In this document: one piece after another, positions 50,389 to 64,000 of the stretch
Layout of the letters: each line of letters opens with the position of its first letter
How positions within the stretch are numbered: position 1 is the first letter of the stretch
The notes under the pieces: model-generated
The model's database searches: none
Told to the model about the DNA's origin: nothing
What the model saw: the letters and a program-made list of their open reading frames with translations, nothing else
Position numbers and translations under genes: made by a program
NCBI GenBank assembly: GCA_035221665.1
Contig: CM069144.1
Coordinates: 68,138,001 to 68,202,000, forward strand
Length of the DNA stretch: 64,000 nucleotides
Direction of reading: 5' to 3'
Origin: Okamejei kenojei
Lineage: Eukaryota

Positions 50389-51210
50389 TAGACAATAGAC
50401 AATAGACAATAGGTGCAGGAGTAGGCCATTTGACCCGTCAAGCCAGCACCGCCATTCAATGTGATCATGGCTGATCATCCCCAATCAGTACCTCGTTCCT
50501 GCCTTCTCCCCATATCCCCTGACTCCGCTATCTTTAAGAGCCCTATCTAGCTCTCTCTTGCAAGTATCCAGAGAACCGGCCTCCACCACCCTCTGAGGCA
50601 GAGAATTCCACAGACTCACAACTCTCTGTGAGAAAAAGTGTTTCCTCGTCTCCGTTCTAAATGGCTTACCCCTTCTTCTTAAACTGTGGCCCCTGGTTCT
50701 GGATTCCCCCAACATCGGGAACATGTTTCCTGCCTCTAGCATGTCCAAACCCTTAACAATCTTATATGTTTCAATAAGATCACCTCTCATCCTTCTAAAC
50801 TCCAGAGTGTACAAGCCCAGCCGCTCCACTCTCTCAGCGTATGACAGTCCCGCCATCCTGGGAATCAACCTTGTAAACCTACACTGCACTCCCTCAATAG
50901 CAAGAATATCCTTCCTCAAATTAGGGGATCAAAACTGCACACAATACTCCAGGTGTGGTCTAACAAGGGCCCTGTACAACTGCAGAAGGATCTCTTTGCT
51001 CCTATACTCGACTCCTCTTGTTATAAAGGCCAACATGCCATTCACATTCTTCACTGCCTGCTGTACCTGCATGCTTATTTTCATAGACTGATGAACAAGG
51101 ACCCCCAGATCCCGTTGTACTTCCCGTTTTCCCAACTTGACGCCATTTAGATAGTAATCTGCCTTCCTGTTTTTTGATACCAAAGTGGAGAACCTCACAT
51201 TTATCCACAT
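50389..51210 (-). mobile_element. CR1/HER1 LINE 3' fragment
   Basis: ORFs 50485-50919 and 50929-51288 carry CR1 ORF2 motifs; (TAGACAA)n tail. Confidence 0.92.
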
Positions 51211-51615
51211 TAAAATTAATTGATGATGCATATCAGAGAGTAATTGTTCCAGCCTAATCTTCAAGAGGTAATTATTATAAAACCACAAAGTGCTGGAGGA
51301 ACTCAGTGGATCAGGCAGCCTCTGTGGACTTGTTCACTCCAACGAAGGGTCCTGACCCAAAATGTCACCTGTCCATTCCCTCCACGATGTTGCCTGATCT
51401 GCTGAGTTTCTGCAGCATGTGCAGTTTCTTGTGTCTCCAATTGTTGTACATAGTTTCTCGTCCATTTTATATGAGATTTACTCTTCATTGTCCCTCGATG
51501 ACTTTCATGACATCACACACTTTTCAACCCATTTGCTGATATGGACAGAAAATTTCAAAGGTAATCCCTCTGGTTGAGAATGACTTGTTTCCACCACAAT
51601 TCTGTAGTTTCTGGA

Positions 51616-51687
51616 GTTATCTAATGAGCCTGCACACTCTGCCACAAATGGGAACGGGTTATCTAATGAGTCTGCACACTCTGCCAC
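51616..51687. repeat. 30-bp direct repeat, period 42
   Basis: GTTATCTAATGAGyCTGCACACTCTGCCAC at 51616-51645 and 51658-51687. Confidence 0.9.
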
Positions 51688-54600
51688 GTGGAAATGCAGG
51701 GAATATGAGTGGGATTATTGGGAGAAGGGTTATTGCTCCTTCCTCTGCTTTCATTTGGCCCTCACGTGTGTACATTGAAAGGACTCAAGCTACTTGTGAC
51801 CTTTGAGCTAGATTGAGTCAGGGATTCAAGTCAAGTCGAATGTTATGTCATATGCATAAGTACAGTGAGGTGCAGGTACAAAGTAAATTTTGCAGCATCA
51901 CAGGGGTGCCTAGACAAACACATAAAAACATAATTTATACATAAATAATTGTAAACGAAAGACTAGGAGCAAGTGCATGAGGTGGTCCATAGTATTATAT
52001 TGTTGAGGTAGAGTTAGGGTTGTACGGTTTTGTTCAAGAACATGATGGTAGTAAGGACGTACCTGTTCCTGAACCTGGTGGTGTAGGTCTTCAGGTTTCT
52101 GTATTTCCAGCCAAATGGTAGCAGTGAGAAAAGTTCATAGTCCAGACAATAAGGATCATTGATGATAGATGATACATGTGTGTACTTTTGATGGTGGGAA
52201 AAGCTGTGCCCATGATGGACCAGGTGAGACCACCACTCTTTGCGTTCCTGTGCATTGGAATTATCATTGCCGGCTACGACGCAACCAGTCAGAATACTTC
52301 CTACAGTGCATCTGCTGAAGTGTATTCAGTGACAGGCCGAATCGCTTTATACTTCCACGAAAGGAGCGGGACTAGTGCCCCTATTGTGTGAGTACATCTA
52401 TGTGATGGACCAAGGAGAGGTCTTCCAGATGATCTGGTATTTGAAGTTTCTAATTCTCTCCATCACCATCTCACAAATGAAAACTGACACGTGGTGTCCT
52501 GACTTGCACTTTCTAAATTTAACAACTAGTTCCTTGGTCTCGTTGATGTTGAACATGAGGTATTGATGCTCATCCACATATTCTATCTCCCTCCTGCATG
52601 CTAACTCCACCTGTTATTTGGGCAACCACAATGATGGCATTGGAGCTATACTTAGCTACTTAGTCATGGGTGTAAAGAAAGTATAGTTAGAAAGATTGCA
52701 ACATATTTCAAGTTGGCTTTGAGGATGGTCTTGAAGCATTTTCTCAGTATTCCTGGAGATGGCCAGCTATATGGTGAAGCTCAGACTGCTGTGCTTATTT
52801 TGGAAGTGATCTGCTGAGAGGATTTGCTCAAGCTTGATCAGAACCTCGTTGATGAGAGGGAAAGCACTGACACTGGTTTGCCTATCGTGCCAGTGGATTT
52901 CAAGGTGTTTGCAGGTGCACTAGGAGTGTTTGGCCAGTGAGCAGAAAATCAATGTGGCTCTAAAAATCATACTTCTGCTTCCACTGCATAAGAAAACATA
53001 ATTGTCCTACGATGCAAAATTGGGAAACAGGTAAAAGCCAATTAAGCCAGATTATAGGAGGTTCATGTGACTAAAGAAGGAGACCTTCCTTTTGGTTTTA
53101 CCTCTTCCTTGAGTTAAGGCATCTGATACCTTTCCTGTTCTCCTCAGCTCCTCTGTTTCCTAAATACATTTACAGATTCACAATGCAATGATGTAAATGA
53201 ATTTTGTTGTAGTGAATCAACAATGTCATCCTGTGTAACCTGAGCATTGCAAAGTCATGTTACGGTAATTAGCATTATCACTTGCCCTTTATATATTTCA
53301 AATATCGCAGAAATGTCTCTTGCTGAAAATTCATGTTCTGCCCTCTATTAATCAAGGAAAAGCATCTAGATTGAAAAAATGAGAGACTTTACAATTCCGG
53401 GGCATGAAGATGAAGTCAAGATCTGGACTGGGCTGCCTGTAGATGCTCTTTTCTAAACATCAGTCTGGTTTTGTTGATAAGACCACACAGATCACCACTG
53501 AATAACTTCACCACCACAGAGCCCAGACTGTAACATTCTCAGTATGTACGCTGCTGGATTCAATTCATTTTTTCAGCTAGAGTAATGTGTGATTAGTAGT
53601 TTGCCAATTATCTCCCATTCCAGGTGCCGAGTGGTTTTGTTCCAGTTGCCAATAGCTGAGACAAGCGCTTCGTCATGAAAAATAGCCAAAAAAATACAAG
53701 CAACGCCAATAGGAAGAACACGCGCAAATGTGAGTGTAGAATTTAAAATCTCATTGGCCACATGCAGTGAATGGTCTCAGAATAAAAATAGAACTGTTTT
53801 GTGGCCTCTTCATAATACTAAGGATTTATTTTTAAATGAAAGGTGACAGGTGAGAAGCAAAATTAAATATTGGAGATATTTCGCAATCATCTTTTTTTCT
53901 GCAAAGAGCAGACTCAAAGTTATTTGAACTGTACTTCAGATAGGTTCGACATATCGCACTATGCACAAAGCGCTTCAATGATCAAAATCTTTAGTGTGTT
54001 AATGATAATTTGGGTACACCACCTGTAATGTGTCAGGAAACAATTAAAGATCATGCCTTATGAACATACATCAAGAATATGGTGAGTTCAATATGATTAT
54101 ACATCATGTTTTTAGTATTTTAAGATATGCTGCATTCGGTGCCACGGCACATTGTGCAAAAATGGGATGCAATACATTTGTTGTGACTGCACCCTGTCTA
54201 TACAATATGTTCAGTGTGATTACATGAGTGAGCACAGAACACATTCAATGTGAAGTGACAGCTCAGTGACTACACACAGTGGTGAAACAGATTCAATGAC
54301 AATGCACACTCCAGACAGTAGGGTCAGTCCCATCACAAAATGTTGGTGCAGCCGGTTCAATGTGGCTACACAGTGTAATAAGGCAGATTCAATATGACTG
54401 CGTATTGGGAACAGAAGAAATTTGGTGTGACAGCAAATAGCAGCAACAGCAGACTAGCAGACATTTCATGTTTCAGATACAGCATCCGCAGTGATCAGTA
54501 TCTGGAAAGTGCACGGCATAGAATCAAAGTCGGCAACAAAAAAGCACTTCCAAAACAGTCTGTAGCTCAGAAAATAAAAATCTGAACGTAGTCTAAAGTG

Positions 54601-56430
54601 TTACCAAATTCTAATTAAAAAGCAGAAAATGAAATGGCATTTGCAGACATAGAAGTAGATGCAGCTGAAAATGTTCTACTTCAAAACACTGAAACTTTGA
54701 GCCAAATATCTTTAAGTGTTAAATTGATGAGGAGGAACATTAAAGAGGCTCTATGCAACGGCCCTCACATGAAACTTGTGAGCTCCCACTCTGCAAGAAA
54801 TTCAGCCCAGGAAGAAAATCAGTTGTTCTGGCGCACGTGGTGAGTTGTGTGGGAGGGTGGGGCCTAGCAGGAGAGGGTTGAGATGGGAAGTATTAAAGGG
54901 GGGAATGTTGTGGGTAAAGACGATCTGAAGGATCGGAGGATGCCAGGAATACATGCACAATGATGCGGGCTGAACAGAGATTATAAAATTGGAAGATGGC
55001 ACGAGGGCAAAGGGAAAGAGTTTGAGAGATGGTGGAGTGAGAGGGGGTTTGAGATGAGTAATCAGCTTGGAAAGTAATCTTTCACCAGAAAATCTGAGGC
55101 ATCAGAGACAGGCACTTCAATTAGGATTGGGTGAGGGCGGGAAGCATACCTGTGGAAAGCAGGGAAGCCTGAGAACTTTGGAAATAAGGGATGTGGGGGT
55201 GATCACAGGGAAAACAATAAAATAGCCTAGCTGAAAGGTAATGGATGCCTCTGACTCAAGTCAATTCAGGTTGACACAAAATGCTGGAGTAATTCCAGAT
55301 TGAGTTTATTGTCAGAAGCACTAGTACAGTCAGGTGCAGTACAATAAAAATCTTTTGCTCACTGCAATATTAAAAGAACACAGAACATAAAACCACAATG
55401 TATATATAAATTACACATACATGCTACAAGTTAGTGAAAAAAAAGACTGCAAAAAAACAAGACATTAGTGCAAATCACAATTAGAAAACAAGTCTGTGGT
55501 AGTACAAGATGTCATCCCCCGTGTTCGATTGTTGAGATAGCATTAGGGTTATGCAGGTCGATTCAAGAACCTGAAGGTTGTAAGAAAGTAGCTGTTCCTG
55601 TAGCTGAATCTGTTGGTGTGGGACTTCAGGCTTCTATATCCCCTGCCTAATAGCAGATGGCAAAGCCTGAATGGTAAGATCCTTGATGATGGATGCCACC
55701 TTTTTGAGGCAATGCTTTTGATGGTGAGGACTGTGCCCGTGACGGACACGCTGCAGTCTCTTTCATTCCTGGTGCTAGAGTTACCATATCAGCCCGTGAT
55801 GCAACCAGTCATGATACTGGCTACAGTGCAACTGCTGGTGACTTTGGGAACAGCCCAGTTAATACTGGATCCCCTTGAAGGAAGTGAGCATTAAACCTCT
55901 GCATAAGACCATCAATGTGCAGCATTTTGTGAATGCTACCTAAATGTGCATTTTAAACTACTTAAAGTGCATCTGTTCTTTAGCCTTTGTGGGGTGTGTC
56001 TCACATACATAGACCTGGAATAAAATCCTGTGAAAGTGTGTGTTTACAAATAAGTTCCTGAATTAAAAAAAACACCACAATAGAATTTCTGGGCCAATGC
56101 TTCTCCTTTATATCTGCTTTTGTTATTTGCATTTTCTGTTTCTCTGTACTACAGAATCAATCTGGTAGCAACTTCTGTCATCTCCATACTTACAGTAAAA
56201 TATGGACATCCAAAGATTAATGTGAGAAAAATAAGTGGTTCCTCGCATGGTATACTGTTACAATTGTTCCCAGTAGAAACAAAATCACTACAACTGTACA
56301 GTTGGAGCATGTGCTGCCCAAATTTGTGTTGAAAACAGCAAAAAAAAAATTGTCGACACAAGTAATTGCAGATGCTGGAATCTTGAGCTCAAAACACAAC
56401 GAGTAACTCAGGAGGTCAGGCAGCATCTCG

Positions 56431-57920
56431 CCATTGCCAGAGCTGCTCACAAGTCCCACAGATGTCCTAATGGGAGCAATAGATTGAAACACTGCTGAAT
56501 TAGTGTAAATCTAAGCCTGTGAAGTGTTTATGCAAAAGCTGATCCTTCACCACTGAGACCAAAATCTCGGCCATTGTTAAAGCCATATTCATACTAATGG
56601 TAATAAAGACAAACATCTTGGCAGGTTAATTGCATTTTCAATTGGTGAAAATGGCTTAAATCACATATAGCACACTGTAGCTACTTAATATATATCATTG
56701 CATAATTTTATATATAGATTTATCACAGATGGATGGAATAAGTGCCAAAAGCTCAAGATGAAAAGGAGATAAGAGGGTGTCAGATAAGGAGAGAGAGGAG
56801 TGAAATATAATGGCTGAAAAGAGAGATGGGGTAGGGATTGGTAATATTTAAAATTGGAGAATTGCATTTATTCCCTTGGGTTGTAAGCCACCCAAGCGGA
56901 ATATGAGGTGATGTTCCTCCACTTTGCGTGTGGCCTCACTCTGGCAATGGAGGAGGCCCATGACAGAAAGATCGGGCGGGAATGGGAGTTAAAACGGTTA
57001 GCAACCGGGGCAACAACACGCCTTGTACCGAGCGAAATGTTTGGCAAAATGGTCGCCTGGTATACATCTGGTCTAACACAGGTAGAGGAGGCCACATCAT
57101 GCTGCAAATTTATGCTGCATTCAGAAATCTGTGAGATTTTAATCAGTGTGATAAATGATGATTACTGCTCAATAGCCTCTCTGGTCCTGCAAAAATAATT
57201 TTACAACTGTGTAACCATACTCACTAAAAAAAACAGTTAAGATTCATAGAAATATACTAAAAAGGGGAAAGTCAGTCTTTTTGATTTATTTTCCATAATC
57301 CTATCTGTAGTTCTCAATCTTTTGTTTAATTTCTTTGTTTTGACTTTGGATGACTCAGTGAGGATAGTTCAGTCCATTGCTTACATCATAAATGATAGAA
57401 GCAGAATTAGGCCATTCGGCCCAACAAGTCTACTCCAACATTCAATCATGGCTGATCTATCTCTCCGTCCTAACCCCATTCTCCTGCCTTCTCCCCATAA
57501 CCCCTGACACCCCTAATAATCAAGTGATCTATCTATCTTTGCCTTAAAACTATCCATTGATTTGGCCTCCACAGCCTTCTGTGGCAAAGAATTCCACAGA
57601 TTCAGCACCCTGTGAGGCCCAGGTGAAGGGCCTCACCAATGCCTGAGCTGCTCACAAGTCCCACAGATGTCCTACAGGGAGCAATACATTGAAACACTGC
57701 TGGATTAGTGAAATCCAAGCCTGTGAAGTGTTTAATTAAGGTAGATGCAAAAGCTGATCCTTCACCACTGGGAGCAAAATCTCGGCCGTTGTTAAAGGGA
57801 TATTCATACAAATGGTAATAAATACAAACATCTTGGCAGGTCAATTGCATTTTTAATTGGTGAACATGGCTTAAATCACATATAGCACACTAGAGCTATT
57901 TGATATATTTAATTGCATTT
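56431..57920. repeat. Local ~270-bp duplication (56431-~56703 and ~57636-57920)
   Basis: Collinear and highly similar; copy 1 lacks a ~12-bp segment and sits inside a reversed PLE (~56360-57110). Confidence 0.9.
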
Positions 57921-60900
57921 AATTTTAGCTGCTTCAGAGCACTGCATTTCCATATTCCTTCCATCACACTGGTACATTAACACTGGCAAACTTTAGGTGA
58001 TGTATTGATAACACTGCAACCCTCTGCAGAACAGCAACGTTCCATTTAACATGCTGCTCATTTTCTATTTCTGGTCATTGTGCTGCAGCCACCATACAAC
58101 AAATAAAAGCACCAGCAGCAGTAGGTTTTATATTTTCTTATCATTATTTCTCCTGCTGAAGGAGTGATCGGATTTGTGAATGGCATATAATCCATTAATT
58201 TCAATGTAGATAAATCATCTGAATACTTCTCTAAATTAATCATATTAACTATTCTTATTGGTGCTGCAATAGAATTATACTTATGTAATTAAAAAATCTT
58301 AATTAATGTTGCATTGCAAAACAACTACAATAAAGCAAGAAAAAATGAACCATTCCAGTTTTGAATTTTCTCTCAAGTCTACAAAACAGCCCATTTTGTA
58401 AAGTAATCTTGTCCAGCTTTAAATCAAACCATAGATTCAAATAATTTATTCATTAACTGTACCATCTGATTAAAAAAACCTTCAAAATCCCCTCTGTTAT
58501 GTTTGGGGTATGTAGCTCCAATAAAACTATCTTCGCCTTTGATACAGTGTTTATTATTTGCTTTATTTATATATTTCATAATTAAGAATCCACTTTTATA
58601 ACAGACTGAGAAAACAGATTGTTATTTAGTATAACCTGAACTGGAGGATTTTGTGAAAGTTGGAAAGAAACTGCTGAATACGGCACACACTGGCCCGGAT
58701 GGTACTCGATGCGAAAAAAAGGCTTTGCAATTAAAAAATAAATTTAAAATCTGGTTTTGTAGGTCAGGGATCAAAAATGAGTGGTGCTCTACAACACACA
58801 GGGCCCAGAAAAAATTAATTTCACATTCTTTAATTTTCAGAATAAAATAGCCAGCAATTTCAGGGCAAATAATTGTCTGAACCCTGGATTTTATTTTTAA
58901 TCTGTGAAGGCTGCTGAATTTAGGGTCATAGTAAGGGTTGATTAGGTACGAGGTGTACAAAGCTCTCTTCGGTCGATGCCATTGAAAGAAGCAAGTAATT
59001 TAGATTCAGAATTGGTCTAGGATTGAAGCTCACTCCATTACCGACCATTTTCAATTTCAGCTATACAATAAACATCAAACTCAGCAAGGAAATTAGTGCA
59101 TTTGGTAATGTACTGGAATAGATGGGTGGGCCTCTGACAAGATGACAGTTATCACCAAAGCTTCAGTAAATGAAATCCTTGAGTGGTATCTGCATTTGAC
59201 ATATTTTGACATTTTTTGAAATTGTATCCTGCTTTTTTTTTTAACAATGTTCATGTTAGAAGCATAAGTTCCACCGACCCTTCAGAAAGCTCAAGAAAAG
59301 TATTTTATCATAACTATTAAAAGATGTTTAATTAGCAAATCTGTAGACTAAATCTAACAATTCAGTTATAAGGCTTACTGACTACGGAAAAAGCTATGCC
59401 AAATTAGAAATCAAGTGTCAGAATTCTAATAATCAAATGAAAATTTGTAATGTTAAGTTTTCAGTTTCAATGTAGCAGATCTGGTCTCCAATATATTTGT
59501 GATAGTTGAAGTATAAATATATAAACCAGGTAAAGGTATTTGTAATTTTTGTATTTCTCTGTCCACTACTTTAGAGGACATAATTGACTTCTGACGACAA
59601 CCTAATGCCTGTATGAAAGAAATAAACAAAAACTGATCATGTCACAAGGAATAAATGAGGTTTACGTGATTGTGTTGTGATAACTTCAAAGGATGAGTCT
59701 GAACAATATTTTATTATTAACCACTAAGACCTTAGGAAATTAAGTGAATTTTAATATTTATATTAATAATAATTTGTATTTTGTAATATGAAAAATTATA
59801 ACATTGTATAAATGTAATAAGTATTTAATTAGCTTATCCCTCCATGTTGCTAACATTTTTGAAATTGCTTTCATTATTTTCCCCACATTGCTTTCTGAAG
59901 AAACTGATTGGAGTTTGCTTAGTTATTAACTGCTGCCATTATCTGTTTCAACTTCAGCAAAATGGAATTATTACAAAAGTTATTTTTTAAATATTGAATT
60001 CAAATCTTATTTCATTTCATTTCAAGGTCAAGGTCAGTTTATTGTCACATGTACCAATTAAGGTACAGTGAAATTTGAGTTACCATACAGCCACACTAAG
60101 TGAAAAGCAATAAGACACACAACCACATAAAATTTAACATAGACATCCACCACAGTGGATTCCACATTCCTCACTGCGATGGAAGGCAATAAAGATCAGT
60201 CTTCTTCCTCTTTGTTCTCCCATGGTCGGGGCATAATATTTACATATTATATTGAATTAATTTGGAACTACAGGTCGGCAGAAACTACATATGAAAACCT
60301 AATGCAAAATAGAAACTAGTGATAAGAAGTTTCTGGCTGTATAGAACAAAACATATTTCATTGTCATGTGCTGTCTGTGAAGAATAATAGACAGCATTCT
60401 GGAGGGATCTAAATAATTGGACTGAAGGACCATCTTCATCCAAACCTATCTTCTGATTTTTATCTCTGCAGTGTATAGCAGTATTTAGCATTAGATCCTG
60501 CCTCAATGCCCATTCATATCCATTCCTGACAATCTCACCATAGTCAATATGACAATATGTAATCAAAAATTTCTATTAAGGTGTTGGGTTCATGAGGTAA
60601 TTCCCACTTATTCCAATTCAAGCGCTGGCAAAAAGAAAATATGCTACAGTCTGTGGGCCCTGTGAAGCTTAGCTGTCTTACCTGTTAGCCAAAGAATAAC
60701 ATGTCACCCAGAGTGAAAGGGAAAAGAGATTGAGAGAAAATATAAATAGAATACCCAAGAAAAAATACAAAAACAAATGGCAAAGGCTACTGCTGGGAAC
60801 ATTGCAGGTTATTTCTCAGTTTGTAGTACCATCAGAACATGTCTTCTTGTGTTATTCTTTTTGCATCACATTTCTGAGTCAGCGTGGAGCCGATTTTGCT

Positions 60901-62108
60901 GCAAATCACAGCATGTTTAGACACAGCAATTTGAAAAAAAAGCAGTGTGTGGGGAGGCAGGTGCTGATGGAGGGCATTTAAAGCATGAGTTTTGCCATCA
61001 GGACCTCTTTCCACAGATTAATTTTAATGACAGCCTTTCTTCTTGCATAGTGAGCAGTGTTGTTTTCATTGCACTTAAAGTAAAACAGAGAAGGCACCGG
61101 GACAGAAAATGTTAAACAAAAGGAAAAAGGGGAGCACAACAGAAGCAATGAATGGGAAAAAGGACTACAAAAATAAAAGGAATAAATTGGGATATTTGAT
61201 GTAATTTGCATCTTGGATTTGTGAGATTCAAATATGACTATTTGATGCTCCAGCCTAATTGAAGCACGCAACTTGCATTACATTAAGTCTCTGAAGAACA
61301 GAAAATCCAAGGACATGATAAAGCCACTGAACTGACTGAAGCTTAACCCTCTAATTAAAGCCAGTGATCATACCATCTGAGTCCTCCCATCACACCCTTA
61401 TTACTGAAGTCCATTGACAAATGCAGATTCTGATCGTCTCTCAATATCACTTCCAACTGAGAACCAACAAATTGGATAGTAGGAAAGAGAAAAGGAAGGA
61501 GCTACATAGTGGGAGAGAAATGCAGGGGGTGGGGGGGGGGGGGGGGGGGGGGAGCAGAACAACGTTGGGGTGATGATGCAGAGAGCAGAGTAGAAAGAAA
61601 AAAATCTCATACTGTTTTAGGACAGAAATGGAGGCATTTGGCCCATTGAGTCTATGCCAGTTCTCATTGAGCAATCCCATCAATCTCATTCACCCCGTAA
61701 CCCATTCTCTCTCGCATGCTCATCAATTTTACTCTGATTCCCCTGTCAGCCTTCTACATAAGGATAATTTACAGTCATCAATTAACCTAGCCAAGAATAA
61801 GAATAAAAGAGAAATGAAACTGAAAAACTATCTGCTTCAAATGAAGCCGGATACGAATAATGCCAGGAACAATTCCAGGGCGGAAAATCCCAGTTTGAAC
61901 GATGGTGTTACAAATAATGCAATTGGGCTGGTTTGAAGAAGAATGAGTGACCAACTCAATTTACAAGGAGATTAATTAAATATATATATATATATCTACA
62001 AAGTGGGAAGTTCAGAGAAGGAAGCATCACTGTGCAAAATGTGTATAGTGTATAGTGCCTTCGCAAACTAGCCCACAGGAATAGTGATTTTAAGAACTAC
62101 AGCAGTAA

Positions 62109-62429
62109 TTTAGTTTCATTTACTTTAGAGAGACAGCACGGAAACAGCCCCTTTGGCCCACCGAGTGCGCAGAGACAAGCAATCCTTGCACATTAACACA
62201 ATCCTACACACACTAGGGACAATTTACATTTATACCAAGCCAATTAACCTACATACTTGTACATCTATGGAGTGTGGGAGGAAACCAAAGATCTCGGAGA
62301 AAACCCACGTGGTCACGGGGAAAACATACAAACTCCATACAGACAGCACCCGTAGTCGGGATCGAACCTGGATCTCCAGCGCTGTAAGCGTTGTAAGGCA
62401 GCAACTCTATCATTGCGCCACCATGCTGC
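62109..62429 (-). mobile_element. HE1-type V-SINE
   Basis: Reverse-complement match to the other copies. Confidence 0.9.
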
Positions 62430-62484
62430 ATGCCTTATAATATAAACCACAATGGAAAAATCCAGGTTTAGACATACGAGGATT

Positions 62485-62547
62485 AACAGGGACTTGAACC
62501 CTGGACCCACAGATTAAAAGTCTGATGCACTACCAACTTGTTCAGGC
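62485..62547 (-). pseudogene. tRNA-Lys(TTT) pseudogene
   Basis: Minus strand AGTTGGTAGTGCATCAGACTTTTAATCTGTGGGTCCAGGGTTCAAGTCCCTGTT matches vertebrate tRNA-Lys-UUU with few mismatches; D-arm deletion and 3' acceptor strand missing. Confidence 0.85.
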
Positions 62548-62696
62548 CCTGGATAGGAAGATTGATAGGAAGAATGATTTTGAGGGAACTTTAAGAAAAG
62601 AATGTTTGCTTAATTGATAATCCAGATCCTAATTTATTTCCCCTTTTAAGATTACAAACTTGTGTATGGATATAATGAATATAATTTTAGATGTAA

Positions 62697-63239
62697 AGGG
62701 CCTGTCCCACTTGGACGACCAAATCCATGAGTTTAGAAGACCCTAGATGAGTTGAAAAAAATGTCAAGGTCGTGTTGACTCGCCGAAGTAAAAGACCTCC
62801 TACAACCTCCTACGACTATGTCTACGACCTCCTACGACCCCCCTCGACCTCAGTCTTCCACCTAATACCAACTACGACTAGCTACGAGAGGTAAATCATC
62901 ACATGATAAAATGATGTCATGTTTGCATTTTTCTCTCGGGCCAGTTAACGACCTACGACTACTTACGACTACCATCACGACCTACTATGACCTAACTACA
63001 AGTAAAAAGTATCAATTTTTTCCATGCCGACCTTTTTTTTTTACTTGTGGACATTTTTTTATCAGGCTGGAAAAAGCACCGCGACCTACTTGAGGCCACG
63101 AGTACGCGGAGACCACTCATGAGCATGAGGAAGAGTGACGAAGACCTCCTACGACCTTGTGGCGACCATGTTGCGCATATGAGTCAAGGGCAAACATGGC
63201 AGAGGTCACTAATTAGGTCGTGAAAATGGGATAGGGCCT
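62697..63239. mobile_element. PIF/Harbinger-like MITE
   Basis: TIR AGGGCCTGTCCCACT / AATGGGATAGGGCCT; TAA TSD (62694-62696, 63240-63242); interior related, in opposite orientation, to 48000-48564. Confidence 0.85.
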
Positions 63240-63525
63240 TAACAATTCAACGTGGTAATGGAAAGCAGTCCTTGGACATTTCCATTAACAGAGCATTTAT
63301 AGAAATCACCTTCTACAGAGTAAAACATCCAAAGACTTTTTACAGGAACATAACCAGAATATAGTAAGCTCTTCACCTTCAGTTTTGTGATCATGGTCAA
63401 AATCCACCAATATAGTATTGATGGCAGCAGGAACAATTGAAGAACTAGTAAGAGCAGCAACCAGCATCATCCTGTATCCTACAACTAGCATCACCCACAT
63501 CCCCTAATATGAAGATGGACACAAA

Positions 63526-64000
63526 GAAACATAGAAATTAGGTGCAGGAGTAGGCCATTCAGCCCTTCGAGCCTGCACCGCCATTCAATATGATCATGGC
63601 TGATCATCCAACTCAGTATCCCGTACCTGCCTTCTCTCCATACCCTCTGATCCCCTTAGCCACAAGGGCCACATCCAACTCACTCTTAAATATAGCCAAT
63701 GAACTGGCCTCAACTACCTCTGTGGCAGAGAGTTCCAGAGACTCACCACTCTCTGTGTGAAGAAAGTCTTTCTCATCTCGGTCTTAAAGGATTTCCCCCT
63801 TATCCTTAAGCTGTGACCCCTTGTCCTGGAGTTCCCCAACATCGGGAACAATCTTCCTGCATTTAGCCTGTCCAACCCCTTAAGAATTTTGTAAGTTTCT
63901 ATAAGATCCCCTCTTAATCTCCTAAATTCCAGAGAGTATAAACCGAGTCTATCCAGTCTTTCTTCATAAGACAGTCCTGACATCCCAGGAATCAGTCTGG
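63526..64000 (-). mobile_element. CR1/HER1 LINE 3' end, runs off the window
   Basis: GLSYEERLDRLGLYSLEFRRLRGDLIETYKI…TRGHSL plus tail. Confidence 0.92.

Noticed and set aside
61525-61552. Poly-G/C runs (also ~13911-13938, 15284-15305, 32266-32287)
   Set aside because: Simple low-complexity tracts with unreliable length; no further structure.

Overview
Eukaryotic, repeat-rich genomic DNA with one 143-N gap at 20036-20178. It is most likely a cartilaginous fish (skate/ray), inferred from abundant HE1-type V-SINEs and their partner HER1/CR1 LINEs. No host protein-coding gene could be identified; the window looks like a large intron or intergenic region, and the ORF track is mostly transposon relics or noise. 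Recognisable content: (1) a full-length but decayed DIRS tyrosine-recombinase retrotransposon (21093-26295) with intact ITR/ICR terminal architecture; (2) an IR/DR DD34E Tc1 element with TA TSD nested in a CR1 tail; (3) hAT, PIF/Harbinger and unclassified MITEs with readable TIRs and TSDs; (4) many Penelope/Neptune-derived short inserts carrying a hammerhead-like core; (5) Rex1/Babar, RTE and CR1 fragments; (6) a tRNA-Lys pseudogene and several local duplications. The most speculative leads are a minus-strand recursive-splice-type CAG|GTAAG site behind a ~100-nt AG-free tract, splice signals that may control DIRS ORF expression, hammerhead-bounded Penelope mini-elements, and possible horizontally transferred DNA transposons. 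Family names rest on recalled motifs, not database searches.
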